Positions 24,660 through 59,708 of a stretch of DNA of 64,000 nucleotides are shown piece by piece. The DNA lies in NCBI RefSeq assembly GCF_016433145.1, contig NC_058133.1, positions 188,962,552 to 189,026,551 on the forward strand, given 5' to 3'. This stretch comes from Gracilinanus agilis (lineage: Eukaryota). The notes under the pieces were generated by a model, which worked only from the letters and a program-made list of their open reading frames with translations, made no database searches and was not told the origin of the DNA. How positions within the stretch are numbered: position 1 is the stretch's first letter; the number at the start of each line of letters is the position of its first letter. The position numbers and the translations under genes were made by a program.

Positions 24660-25026
24660 TTCAAGAAGCTGCAGTTGCTTCAATGCGGTTCCCTCCCGCA
24701 CCTGTGCTCTCTCTTGGGCTATTCCATGCGCAGAACTGCGCTTCTCAAGACGGGCTCTGGAGGCCGCTGTAGCGCTTCTCTTTTGGGAAGAAAGATCCGA
24801 TGCCTGGTATTGGTGGATGGAAGTTGCATTTTAGCGTCCTCCGTCATATCCTTTGGAGGGCGGAAGTCCCTCCTAGTGGACCGGGAAGTGGGAGTAGACT
24901 GAGATTGGGGTTGTGGGCGATGGGGATCGGGGAGACTGGGCTGCTGGAGAGAGCCCGTAGTGTGACGGCACCCCCGCGGTAGGCCCGACTCGACGTGGCC
25001 TGGGCAGCGGACTCTGAAACGCAGAG
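24660..25026 (+). promoter_or_regulatory. BECN1 CpG-island promoter and non-coding exon 1 (donor GAG|GTGAGG at 25026/25027)
   Basis: CpG-rich; ETS GCGGAAGT 24860-24867; NRF1-like CATGCGCA at about 24725. Acceptor CTCCTAG|G at 25144/25145 precedes the ATG exon. Confidence 0.65.
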
Positions 25027-25264
25027 GTGAGGAGGAGGAGAAAGTGGCGGTCCAGGACTGAGGCCCTGACCTCAGGGACGAGGCTGGCCCGGACCCCCCC
25101 CCCCCAGTCCCTACTCCCACAGTCCGACCAAGATGGGCTCCTAGGTCCTGGGACTGGAGGCCCCCGGGGACCCCAGGGTGGAGGGCTGGAGTGAGAGTCT
25201 TAAGCCAGAGAAATGCCCCAGGGGCCTGTGGTCCACACTGATCGATAGCCGGATCCCTGCAGGG

Positions 25265-34977
<9,713 letters not shown>

Positions 34978-35084
34978 CTTCTTTTTTCTCTATGAGGGTG
35001 AGGGAATCTTGCCTTAATGGCTCTAGAACATGTTTTGTTTGCAGAAATGTTATAAATTAAGTTCATTTAATATTAAACAGTACA

Positions 35085-35092
35085 TGTTTACA
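35085..35092 (+). promoter_or_regulatory. miR-30 family 8mer site (TGTTTACA) in the BECN1 3'UTR
   Basis: Exact 8mer 108 nt after the stop; miR-30a repression of BECN1 is established in eutherians. Confidence 0.7.
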
Positions 35093-35555
35093 GTACCAAA
35101 AAAGAAAATCCACAAAGCCACTTTATTTTAAAAGAATAACATTCTATTGCAAGTAGTGTTCAGAGCAGTAACATTACATATATAACTCCACCAGCCCATC
35201 TCACAACTTTATACTCTTCTTGAAAATAGAAAAGGCTGCCTTTTTTAAAAGTCTGAGTTATATGTAGTTTTCTCTCTCCTAACTTTATGCATATTCAATA
35301 TGGTTTTTTTTTTAAATAAACACTTCATCTCTAAGAGTGAAATGTGTAAAACATCAGGTAAAGATAACATGGGAAAATGTCACATAAGCTTTGCCTGAAG
35401 GCCACATGATGTGATCAGAAGCTTGAAATGTAACACTTTCTCAAGTCTAGTGCTTATTGCCTGTCTGCTCTGTGCCAACAGAAATGGCAGAAATAAGAGA
35501 CATAAAACAGACGTTGCTACTGTTTGGAGCATTATGAAGATATGTAATTATTTGC

Positions 35556-35561
35556 AATAAA
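35556..35561 (+). terminator. BECN1 polyadenylation signal AATAAA (alternatives at 35315-35320 and 35624-35629)
   Basis: Hexamers read directly. The context TAATTATTTGCAATAAAGATTTG resembles the human BECN1 3' end as I recall it. Confidence 0.6.
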
Positions 35562-36184
35562 GATTTGTTGCAGTCTGTTACTGTACAGAAGTGCGCTGGT
35601 TGTAAAACAAAAAACCCTTCTATAATAAAATACTTTGTATTCTGGAAAAATCAAATTTATGTACATATGTAAAAAAGGTTGAGACATGTCAAGAAACTTG
35701 TTTGTTTCTTTAGTTAAAATAGACTGAAAATAGCCAGTTCTGGAAGAGCCAGTATGTTTGCTCATTTCAAAGGAGTGGGCCAAGATCCCATCCTTGAATG
35801 AGAATGTCCTTGGACTAGGACATTTAGAACAAAAGAAATGTTATACCATGCCAGGTCAAGGTCACCTAGGTTTGGTTTTTTTTTTTCTTAACTATCTTTT
35901 TATCAAAAAAAAAAATCACATTTAAAGAGGAAATCATGCTTATATTGTAAAACCAAACATTCCAGCCAGCATTCCTCCTTTTATTTTACTGAGGCTGCAA
36001 AGAACAAAACATATCCACCTTTAACCCTTTCTCTGAAAAGCATCAAACAGAAAATGGAAAGACCTTAGATACTATAAGCTTCTTTCTGTACGGGGTTATT
36101 TAAGATTGAACAGATTGGGAGGGAGAGGGGGTGTGGCACAATTCATGACCTGGAGTCTGATAATCTGGAAACTCACAGTCAGCT

Positions 36185-39100
36185 TCACATGTTGCAAGTG
36201 GCAGCAGCCCTCAGTGGTCTGGCTGCCAGGTGGTACAGGCCAGGTTGCTGTCGAACTGGGGTGCTGGCTCCTACCCCATGCATCAGGATTGCATATGAAA
36301 ACTCAGCAATGCCCTCAGTGGCAATGCCAGTGATGCTATGTAAGTGCTCCACTACCTTCAGGAAGAAATACAAGCAGCTAGTGTTCTAAATTATCTTGAC
36401 AGATACATTGCACAAATGTGCATTTTTTTTTGACAGCTTCTGAAATCAAATGTGAACTAAATCTTTGACTATCAGGAAAATTGGATCCAGATTAAAATGT
36501 TTCAGAGCCAGGCTATGAGAACAGCTCTTTCAGTGTACACTTTTCAGTATGAAGTAGAGATTTAGGAAGAGGGAGGGGCATGTTGCCTACTTGAAATTCT
36601 TCCCATTTTAGAGGCAAACTCGTCAACTGAGTTGGCCAGACTAGGGGACATACCTCATTTGAAAAACATTTTCAATTATGCTTTGTTAAAAAGTTGAAAA
36701 TGCCTTAATCAGCAACCTAACTCTTGCTTTTAATGCCCATCTTGGCACACTGGTCTCTAGTTCTCAACTTTGGCACTTGTTTCTGGTAAAGTTAAACCTG
36801 CCCTTTCCCTTTGACTGGGAAATGTTTTTTATTAAATGAATCTTGGTACAGTACTGATGTCACTTAAGCAGTGCATACCTGGCCCCACCATTCCTGGTTC
36901 TGGATGAAAGCACTGGCTGCAATGATCCCAACTGCCAAAAGCATGAAGTCTTCTTTCACGGATACAAATTTTCCCCTGAGCAATTGAAATCACAATTCAG
37001 TTTTGTAATTATGGGGGGGAACCTTCTTTCCCCAAGTCCTTGGGTCATGAAAATGTATATATGTATCTTATTTGATTATGTTGAGTGCTCTGATATGGAA
37101 AGGAATGGTAGCACCAGCTGGCTGTCCTGGAGTCAACCCCCTCCCAACTAGGATAAAACAGGAGCCTCATTCATGTGTGTTTGATTTACTGGCCTTTTGT
37201 GTTCCCATCTGTTATCCTAACAACATAATTGTGGGGCTTTCTCTCAATCTGCCTTTACAGTAATCAGTCACTTTTTGTCAAAGCTGCAGCCTCATGACTG
37301 GCTTGTTTTGTCTGTTTCTTGTTTCTGAAAACAGTCCAAGAGTCCCAAACGATTATCAAGAATCAATAATGGGAGGGAAAAATGTTAATAACTTGAATTT
37401 ATTTTAAAATCTTAAGTCCTAGGTTTTGGTTGGATTGAACTTGCCATGTTAAAATGATAAGCAGCAAGTTCATATATTACAAGTTTATGAACATGACAAT
37501 CATCTGTACCAAAGTGAAGGGACAAACTAGTTGGTCAGATTCTCTCCCCAGGTCCTTGTCCGAACATTAGTCCCAGTACTTATGTAGGAAGTACCTTACC
37601 CCTGCTGCTCCATGGGTGTGGAGTTCTCAAATGATACCCTCAGCAGGCTCTCATAGATAGGCTCATGCAGGAGATAGACCAAGTCAAGCAATGTTAAGCA
37701 GGTTCCATGAAGCTGTTTGGCGGAGACCAAACAGCCATTATACCCTGAATGGGGCATAAAGGAGTGAAGTCTTTACGTTTGGCCCTTTCTCAAAGCAAAC
37801 AATTGACCAAGGATGTGGTCAGATTCCTCAATAAACTAAAGGTAGTTCATTTGAAGAAAGTCAGGTCACATTGAGTGGACCACCTTCTGCACATGACTAC
37901 GGCATGTAGTTATTAGGCTAACATTCTTCCTAGTGACTAGATTCTGCTGTAGGGCTGGCTCAGTAGAATGAATATCTGATTAACTCATGGTCAATTTCAA
38001 AGGTAAAACTTGAAGGAGAAAAGACCCTCAATGCACAAACACAAATAACAACAACAAAGCTTTACTTTGCTCCTCCCTCTCCCATCCTTTCCCTCTTTAA
38101 AGAGGAAAACATGCTGAGGAGGTACCTATTGATTCCAAAGAGAAGCTTGCTATAGAGATTTCTCTACATCCTTCCAGAAAATAGAATGTCTTCAAAGCTG
38201 GCCAAGTATGTCTCCAGCCCCCCCCCAGGCTGCCAAATCCACTAGGCAGAGCAGCTCAAGCTACTGCTACTGTTCTCTCCTTTGTCAGGCTGCCCAGAGT
38301 GTCTGGGCACATTGACTGCCTCTAGTAGAACAGTCTCAAGCTACACTTGGCCTTACATGGCTACTGTCCTTGCCTAATTTCCACTGAGTTATCTTTTGAA
38401 TAAGATACCTAAAACTTCCAGGAGCATTTCCACATATGCCAGAGGAGTAGGTAGATTGATTTGGAAGTTTAAAGACTTCAAAATGGCAAGTTCTGACTCC
38501 AGTAGTTCTTCTTTAGTATAAAGGTACCCCAGGGCCTGAAGGAAATTCAGGACTGTAACATTGCTGACTATCTGAATAAAGAAAAGGAGAGAAGGCAGAG
38601 AAAAGTATTCTCTATTTAATAATTTAGGATTTTTGTCACAAGCATTGTGGGATTGGAATGTGAAACAAAAGCATAGGATCATTGATTTAGAGCTAGAAAA
38701 CCTTATTTTATAGATGAGAAAACTGAATTTCTTATAGGTAGTAACAGAAATGGGATTTGAACTCAGATCTAACTCCCAAACCAGTAAGGATATTTTTCCC
38801 TTTATAAATCTCACCCTTAATAATACAGTATGTTGACTATTCAGGCATCTTATGCAAACTGCTCTTGAGATCAAAGAGGAGGAAAGGTGACCTATATATC
38901 TATATAGTGGTGGCATTAATCCAGCTATCGTGCTCTGAGAACAAGATTGCAAGGTTAAAACTACTGTGTGGTTAGGAGTGCTTAGGAAGTGTAATTGCAC
39001 TCTGGAGTTTCCACATGAGTAAAATCATCCAGCCCAAGAGTAGGTCTCTTAGAACTGCCCTGTGGATAACCTATTTTATTTATAACATCTGGTTGTCCAC

Positions 39101-41182
39101 AAAAGGTCAAAATTTTGAGTGTATCATTGTGAAGGTGGAAAGAATAGGATCAGCTCCTTACTTTGTAGTGGAAGGAAAGTTTGCTTGCCAGCTGAACACA
39201 TGACACAAGTCGAAGGACAAATGTATTGCAGAGCTGTTCTTTCCGGGCCCTCCAGCTCCAGGCCTCTGCTTTCTCACTACCTCTCACCACAGGTGCTGCT
39301 TGGCTGCAGATGCTTTCTGCCTGCTTAACCATGAACCTACAGGAGTGGGGGGAGGGAAGGAGTAAAATCTAGAGTAAACAATTGGGACTTCGACACATAC
39401 CAGAGGGAGCATTTGTTCTTCAAACTCTGCTACATCTTAGCCTCTCCGGTATCAACTCAAGACTTGGTTACACTTGCAAGTAAAGGCGATCAAGAGCAAC
39501 GCCAAGGTAAGAGGCGACTGGTACCATTTCAACAAGAGTGAGACATTAATCTGAGAGCTACTTATTTGCAAAGGCCTCATGCCCAGGACTTTACCTTTCT
39601 AGGATTTCTACTGCCTGGTAGCTCACGGATTTTTCCAGGCACCATTGTTCAGACAGGAGAAAAATGAACTCTGCCAAAATAGAAAAGAAAAGCCAGAATC
39701 ACAAGATGCAATCCTAACCACCCTGACCTCTTGATGTGTAAAAACCACGATGAGACCCAAGAAAAAAGGTCAGGAGGTGAGAAAGATGAGACTGGAATAA
39801 CTAAAGCTGAGCCTAATTTCTTTTGCTGCCAATAAGCTAACCAGAGACAAAAAGGGAAGTTTGATTGGGTGCCAAGAACAAGGGTTTACCAAGCTCCTTC
39901 ATGACTCTTAATCCTGTAGGGTTCAACAGATAAGAGATCTTTCCTAGTATCAAAACACATTAAGACCCCTACTACTTCTAGCACCCTAAATACCTGCTCA
40001 TGGGAAATTCTCAAATAGATGAAAAATACTAACTTATAAAGTTTACTATGAAACATAAAAACATCTTCCTGGAATTTTAATCTTGATGGCACTATTTTGC
40101 TAAGCAACTTTCCTCTGGAGATTTCCCATGCATAGCTTAATACCATGCAACTAATAGTGAGCACGATTCCTCTGGTCTGTTAAATGGGACTATGTTGGCT
40201 TAATTTCTTTTCTGACCCTGCCACCACTCTGGAACATCAAGTTTTTGTTTTGTTTTGTTTAGAATTGTATTGTTAAATAGGCAGATTTTGAAGGAGGCAG
40301 GTGGGAAGGACAAGCCTTAACTGCCTCCAATATTTCCCTTTGAAAGTACAGTCTCAGTTGGAATTGTTTGGCTTTGCCAATTCCATTACAGGGTGGGAAC
40401 CAGGGTAAATCTCAGTTCTCAACCGTGGAGCTTTCCAAGACCCCTGGGTTTTACACAAAACACTATCAGCAGGGCACTGCAGATGGTCAAGTATGTGTGG
40501 AGAGAGCTGTAGAGACAGCCAAACCCCTTTCTTCACTGAAACTTAAGCTTCTTTTGGATATGTGCTGTGGGAAATAGAAGGCTGGCCCACAACCCACTTG
40601 ACCCATGTTGCACATAGATAAACCTGTGTAAAATATCCTTGCAGGTACCCAGAGAGCCCCACCCCCACCACCCACATGGCTCTACAAAGTGGAGAATTAA
40701 AATTAAAGTGGAATTCATTTTTGCCTGTATCCTCATTGCTTAGCATAGGGACTGCCATATAATGTAGGCACTTAATAAATGATCCTTGACTTGACTGGAC
40801 TTCGGCAATTCAGAATCAGGTCTAACTAATTTAAGCCAAAAATAAAATGCTAGGGTCATTTGTTTGTCTGCTTTGGAGCCTGAATTTACTGAACTCATTT
40901 ACTGGGGGTTGGAACTGAACTCCTAGTGGACGAGGATACTGGAGGGATGGGGCCTTAAAGTGCCCCGGGTGCCCAACAGACCCTATCCCCTCTGGGTCCT
41001 GGGCCCACACCCACGATCCGGGTCTCCCTGAAGCTGCCCGTCTGTCCCCGAGCTTCTCGCATCGCCCTCTCATTCTCCTGAGCCAGGTGGAGCAGGGCGT
41101 CTTCGATCGTCTGCGTGTCCACAGCGCCAAATTTAAAGTCTCCGAGGAAGGCCGACCCCCTGGACCCTACGGCCCCAGCCAT
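36185..41182 (-). CDS. CNTD1: Cyclin N-terminal domain-containing 1 (meiotic crossover factor, COSA-1 orthologue), complete, 332 aa
   Basis: Exons 41182-41011, 39670-39595, 39336-39162, 38571-38409, 37744-37600, 36975-36879, 36355-36185; total 999 nt. Motifs TIEDALLHLAQ, YQAVEILERF, LRLVSCVQLASKLS, LKSLNFQINLPTPLAYVE. Confidence 0.96.
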
Positions 41183-41540
41183 AGTCAGCTGCCTCTAGGA
41201 CCCTCTAACAACGTAAGACTATCTCTTTTCTTCAGTAACTTCGCCTTCTGAGCGAAGCCTCGTGCCCCCAACCGCTTTTCCGTCTCAACGGCAGAACTCA
41301 CGAGCAGTGCGGAAGCTTCAGCCAATCAAAGGGCGTTCCCACAACACTCTGCCCATCCTCCGCCTCGCGCCTCCGAGTCTTCCGAAGGAAAGACCGACGA
41401 GACTACATGTACCAGAATTCTTAGCGGCGGCGATCGCGGAGCTACGGGCGATCGCGGAGCTACGGGCGATCGCGGAGCTACGGGCGATCCCGGCGTGCGC
41501 AGGAGCTCTGACCCCGTCCCCGAGGAGGTCGAGGAGTGGC
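41183..41540. promoter_or_regulatory. Bidirectional CpG-island promoter shared by CNTD1 and COA3
   Basis: Divergent ATGs 358 bp apart. CCAAT at about 41322; ZNF143/THAP11-like GACTACATGTACCAGAATTC at 41401-41420. Confidence 0.8.
41429..41489. repeat. 18-bp tandem repeat (GGCGATCGCGGAGCTACG) x3.4
   Basis: Three perfect units (41429-41482) plus GGCGATC. Confidence 0.95.
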
Positions 41541-43013
41541 ATGGCGGCTGTAGGCCCTGGGGGAGGCATGGGGTCTGAGGCCGGGAAAGCTCCAGCGGCG
41601 CAGCGCATTGACCCGGCTCGAGAAAAACTGAGCCCGGCCCAGCTGCACTTCATGAGGCAGGTGGAGCTTGCCCAGTGGCAGAAAACGCTTCCGCAGCGGC
41701 GGGGCCGGAACATCCTGACCGGCCTGAGCATCGGGGCCCTGGTGGTGGCCATTTGTATCCATGGGTCACGGAGGCAGGGGAGGAGGGCGGGGGGACAAAC
41801 AAAGCTGGTGGGGGGGAAATGAGGGGGATGAATAGGGATGGGGGTGGTGGTGCAGAATGGTAGCACAGGGAGGGGGAAAGGGAAGAGGAAGGAGAGGAGG
41901 AGGAGAGAGTTGGAAGTCCTGGGCTTTAAAGGCAGAAAAAAACTTAAATTTTGCAGGAGGAAAACGGATGCCTAGTGAGAGGATGTGACTTGCTCAAGGT
42001 CACAGTGCAAATCAGTAACATAGCCATGTCTAAAAATACTTAAAAATTATTACCTATTTTATTGTTAATAGCCAATATTTATATAGCTCCAAACTTAATC
42101 TGAGCACTGTGCTAAGGACTTTTTATAAATTACAAATATCCCATTTGATCTTCACAACAACCCTGAGAGATAGGTACTATTATTATCCCCACTATACAGA
42201 TGAGGAAACTGAAGCACACAGAGGTTAAATTGTTGCTATAGGTCTTAGTCTAGTAAGTATCTGAGACAGATTTTAAATACCCTGTTCTTAGGGAGACCTG
42301 AAGTCATGTCAGATCTGGATTTTCCAACCCCTAGATTTAGCATTCTACACTCAACACAATGAGAATACATAGCTATGGGTGCTGGACTTCAGGTTTCAGT
42401 GGTCTAGGAAACTCCCTAATGGGTAAACTCTCTACAAATGCAGGTCAGCACATCCCAACTTATAGTCTGACAGAGGGTGTGACTTTGAGAAGTAGGACTT
42501 GAACCCATATCTTCCTGGCTCTGAGGGTGGCTATGCAGTGCTTCCTCTCAGTTTACTGAACTGAGTGTATTGTCCATACTGAGCCAGTGTGTATGCTGTC
42601 TGGCCTTGAACCCAGTTCTTCCTGAATTAGAGGCTACTCTCTCTCTACTAGGTCATGTTTCCTCAGTGGAAAAGAGCTGCTATTGGAATACAGGCAGAGA
42701 ACAGAAACATTGAACTTGTATAGGTATTAGGGGTCATTGTGGTGGGGAGGGTGGATAGTGGGAGTTTCCAGAATGGTGACTGGAACCACATGAAGGAGGC
42801 AAAAAGTATAGACTTCTGGGAGGTGGGGTTGGAACAGGCTGAAGGAAAGAAATTTAAGGAGGGGCATGCTTTGATTTCCTCATGGTTTTCCTGAGCCCAT
42901 GACCCCCAGATGGCTATACATTCTACTCAGTGGCCCAGGAGCGGTTTCTGGATGATTTGGAAGATAAAGCCAAAGCTGCTAGAGTGAAAATTGCTGGGGA
43001 CAACAGCTCCTAA
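41541..43013 (+). CDS. COA3: Cytochrome c oxidase assembly factor 3 (CCDC56), complete, 105 aa
   Basis: Exons 41541-41754 and 42910-43013; total 318 nt. [11 protein letters not shown]...[38 protein letters not shown]; AATAAA at 43434-43439. Confidence 0.95.
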
Positions 43014-44016
43014 ACTCCAAATGGGTGCTCAAACATCATCCTGGATGGAACTTCTTCAAAATGAGGATGGATGCCTCCACATTTCCCCTCCCTTCCAAGA
43101 AAAAGATTCCTATGGGATAAGGAGTGTTTTGACTATCCTGACTGGGGGGTGTTGTTTCATTGTGGAGTTTCCCTCTACTTTGGGAATTGTGTATCCAGCC
43201 AATTTAATGAGAATGCCCCACTACCCCCCCAAAAAAAAATTGAGCCTTTGTCCCAATTGAGAGGAGGCATATCTAGGTTGTCCCCATTTTTTTGAGTAGC
43301 ACCTTATTCATGTCTTCATAGCTACTTCTGACCCAAGATTTAAAGTCATTGTTGGGGGTGCAAGTATGGTACCCCTTCTATTTGTTGGAACTTGATATGC
43401 CATGAAAGGTGGTCAAGTTGAGGGCTGATTCACAATAAATCGAATCATCTGTTCTAGAGCCATGTGAATCTGTGGAGGATCAGGGGTGGAGTGGGAGAGT
43501 GGAAAGCTCTACTGGCTACAGTGATTGTGTTGCCCTAAGGAAATGTGAATGTTTAACTAGAATGGCTTTTCCTGCGATCTTTCCACTTGATTAGCAGGAA
43601 AGGATCACGGGAATCATTGGGCTGTGTGATGCCAAGCCATCCTTCATGCACAAACACACTCATGCTCTCATCTCCAGTTTCCCTCCACTGCCTGGGGCCC
43701 TCACAATAGCCTTTACCCACCCCTGGATAGAGGGGTGAATGGGGGTCATCCAGCCCTCATGCTTTCAGAGCTTGCCTGTGCAGGCCCAGGGTGGGGTCTG
43801 GAGGAGAGGTTAGATTGGTGGAGTTGATCATTGACCTTGAGATTACTTTAAGCTGCTGATGGCATAAAGCCAAGAGACTGGGTGTCCTCTACCTCTGCTC
43901 CCCATTGTGAGAGGAGATCTTTTAATCCCCCCCTGCCTCACTGATGAGGCCGGGCCCCTCCACCCACCCCCTATCCCCTGCAGGGCTGACAGACCAACAG
44001 ACTCATTTCCAATATT

Positions 44017-44022
44017 TTTATT
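44017..44022 (-). terminator. Candidate WNK4 polyadenylation signal AATAAA
   Basis: TTTATT on +; the first such hexamer I found downstream of the WNK4 stop. Confidence 0.55.
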
Positions 44023-44239
44023 GGCTTCTGTACAAGTCTGACATGAGTGTGCCCAGCCCTCAGCTTTGGTGGGAGGGGAGATTAGAAGGGAGAGTTCTCC
44101 AAGCAATTTTTGTGGAGTTTTAGTGGTTGGTGCTAGGAAGCCCAAGGGCTCACACTCCACACCAAAGAACAAGAACAGTTCTTCATCTGCTTCTCTTTGA
44201 TAGTAATAATTAGCATTTATATAGTGCTTTAAAAAAAAA

Positions 44240-44760
44240 AACCAAAAATCACCTCTTTCAGAACCTATATGGATTGATTACAGGACAGAAGAGGTAAAAG
44301 CTGGGCAATTGGGTAAAATGATTTGCCCAGGGTCACATAACTAGGATGTATCTGGGGCCGGATTTGACCCTAGGCCTTCTTGTCTGTAGGCCTGGCTCTC
44401 TATCCAGTGGGCCACCTCGATGTGTGCTTTCAGGTTTTAAAAAGGCTTTACGAATTTTGTCTCATTTCATAGGGTAGAGATTCTGTCTCCTTGTTTCCCA
44501 CCCCTGTCTCCGGAATATGACAATCATGATAGCTGACAATGAAAGGTTTATATAGCACTTTTAAGATTTGCAAAGCACTGTGCAGACGTTTCTTTGGGTC
44601 CTCACAACAACCCTGTGAGGTAGGGACAACCATTTATGTCCTGTTATGCATCCAGATGAGAAAACTGAGGCACAGAGAGTTAAAAGTGACCTGCCCATGG
44701 TCACAGAGTATCAGAGGGAGGATTCAGATCCAAGTAACTCCTGATGTCAAGCACTGAAGT
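44240..44760 (-). mobile_element. SINE1 (about 44240-44420) and MIR/CORE SINE (about 44540-44760) within the predicted WNK4 3'UTR
   Basis: SINE hallmarks, plus MIR text CCTCACAACAACCCTGTGAGGTAGG...GATGAGAAAACTGAGGCACAGAGAG. Confidence 0.75.
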
Positions 44761-44880
44761 CTTTTTCAGTGCACCAAACCACTACTTTCTCCTGGTGTAG
44801 CATGCTGAGTTATATTGATCAAGGAGCAGGTCCTGAAGGCAACAGCTCTCCCCTGGTTCCACACTGCTTCAGTTCTGGGC

Positions 44881-59708
<14,828 letters not shown>

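Noticed and set aside
34989-34995. TCTATGA (miR-376 seed match) in the BECN1 3'UTR
   Set aside because: miR-376 belongs to the eutherian-specific Dlk1-Dio3 cluster; a 7mer is expected by chance and I cannot show positional homology.
38389-39000. 203-aa ORF ending in CNTD1 exon 4
   Set aside because: Only the last about 55 codons are exon; the rest is an open intronic frame over MIR-like sequence.
41429-41489. Short direct-repeat array as a CRISPR-like locus
   Set aside because: No spacers, eukaryotic context; a simple VNTR.
41318-41866. 182-aa antisense ORF over COA3 exon 1 with ARSSAI repeats
   Set aside because: Explained by the 18-bp repeat and high GC; no recognisable domain.
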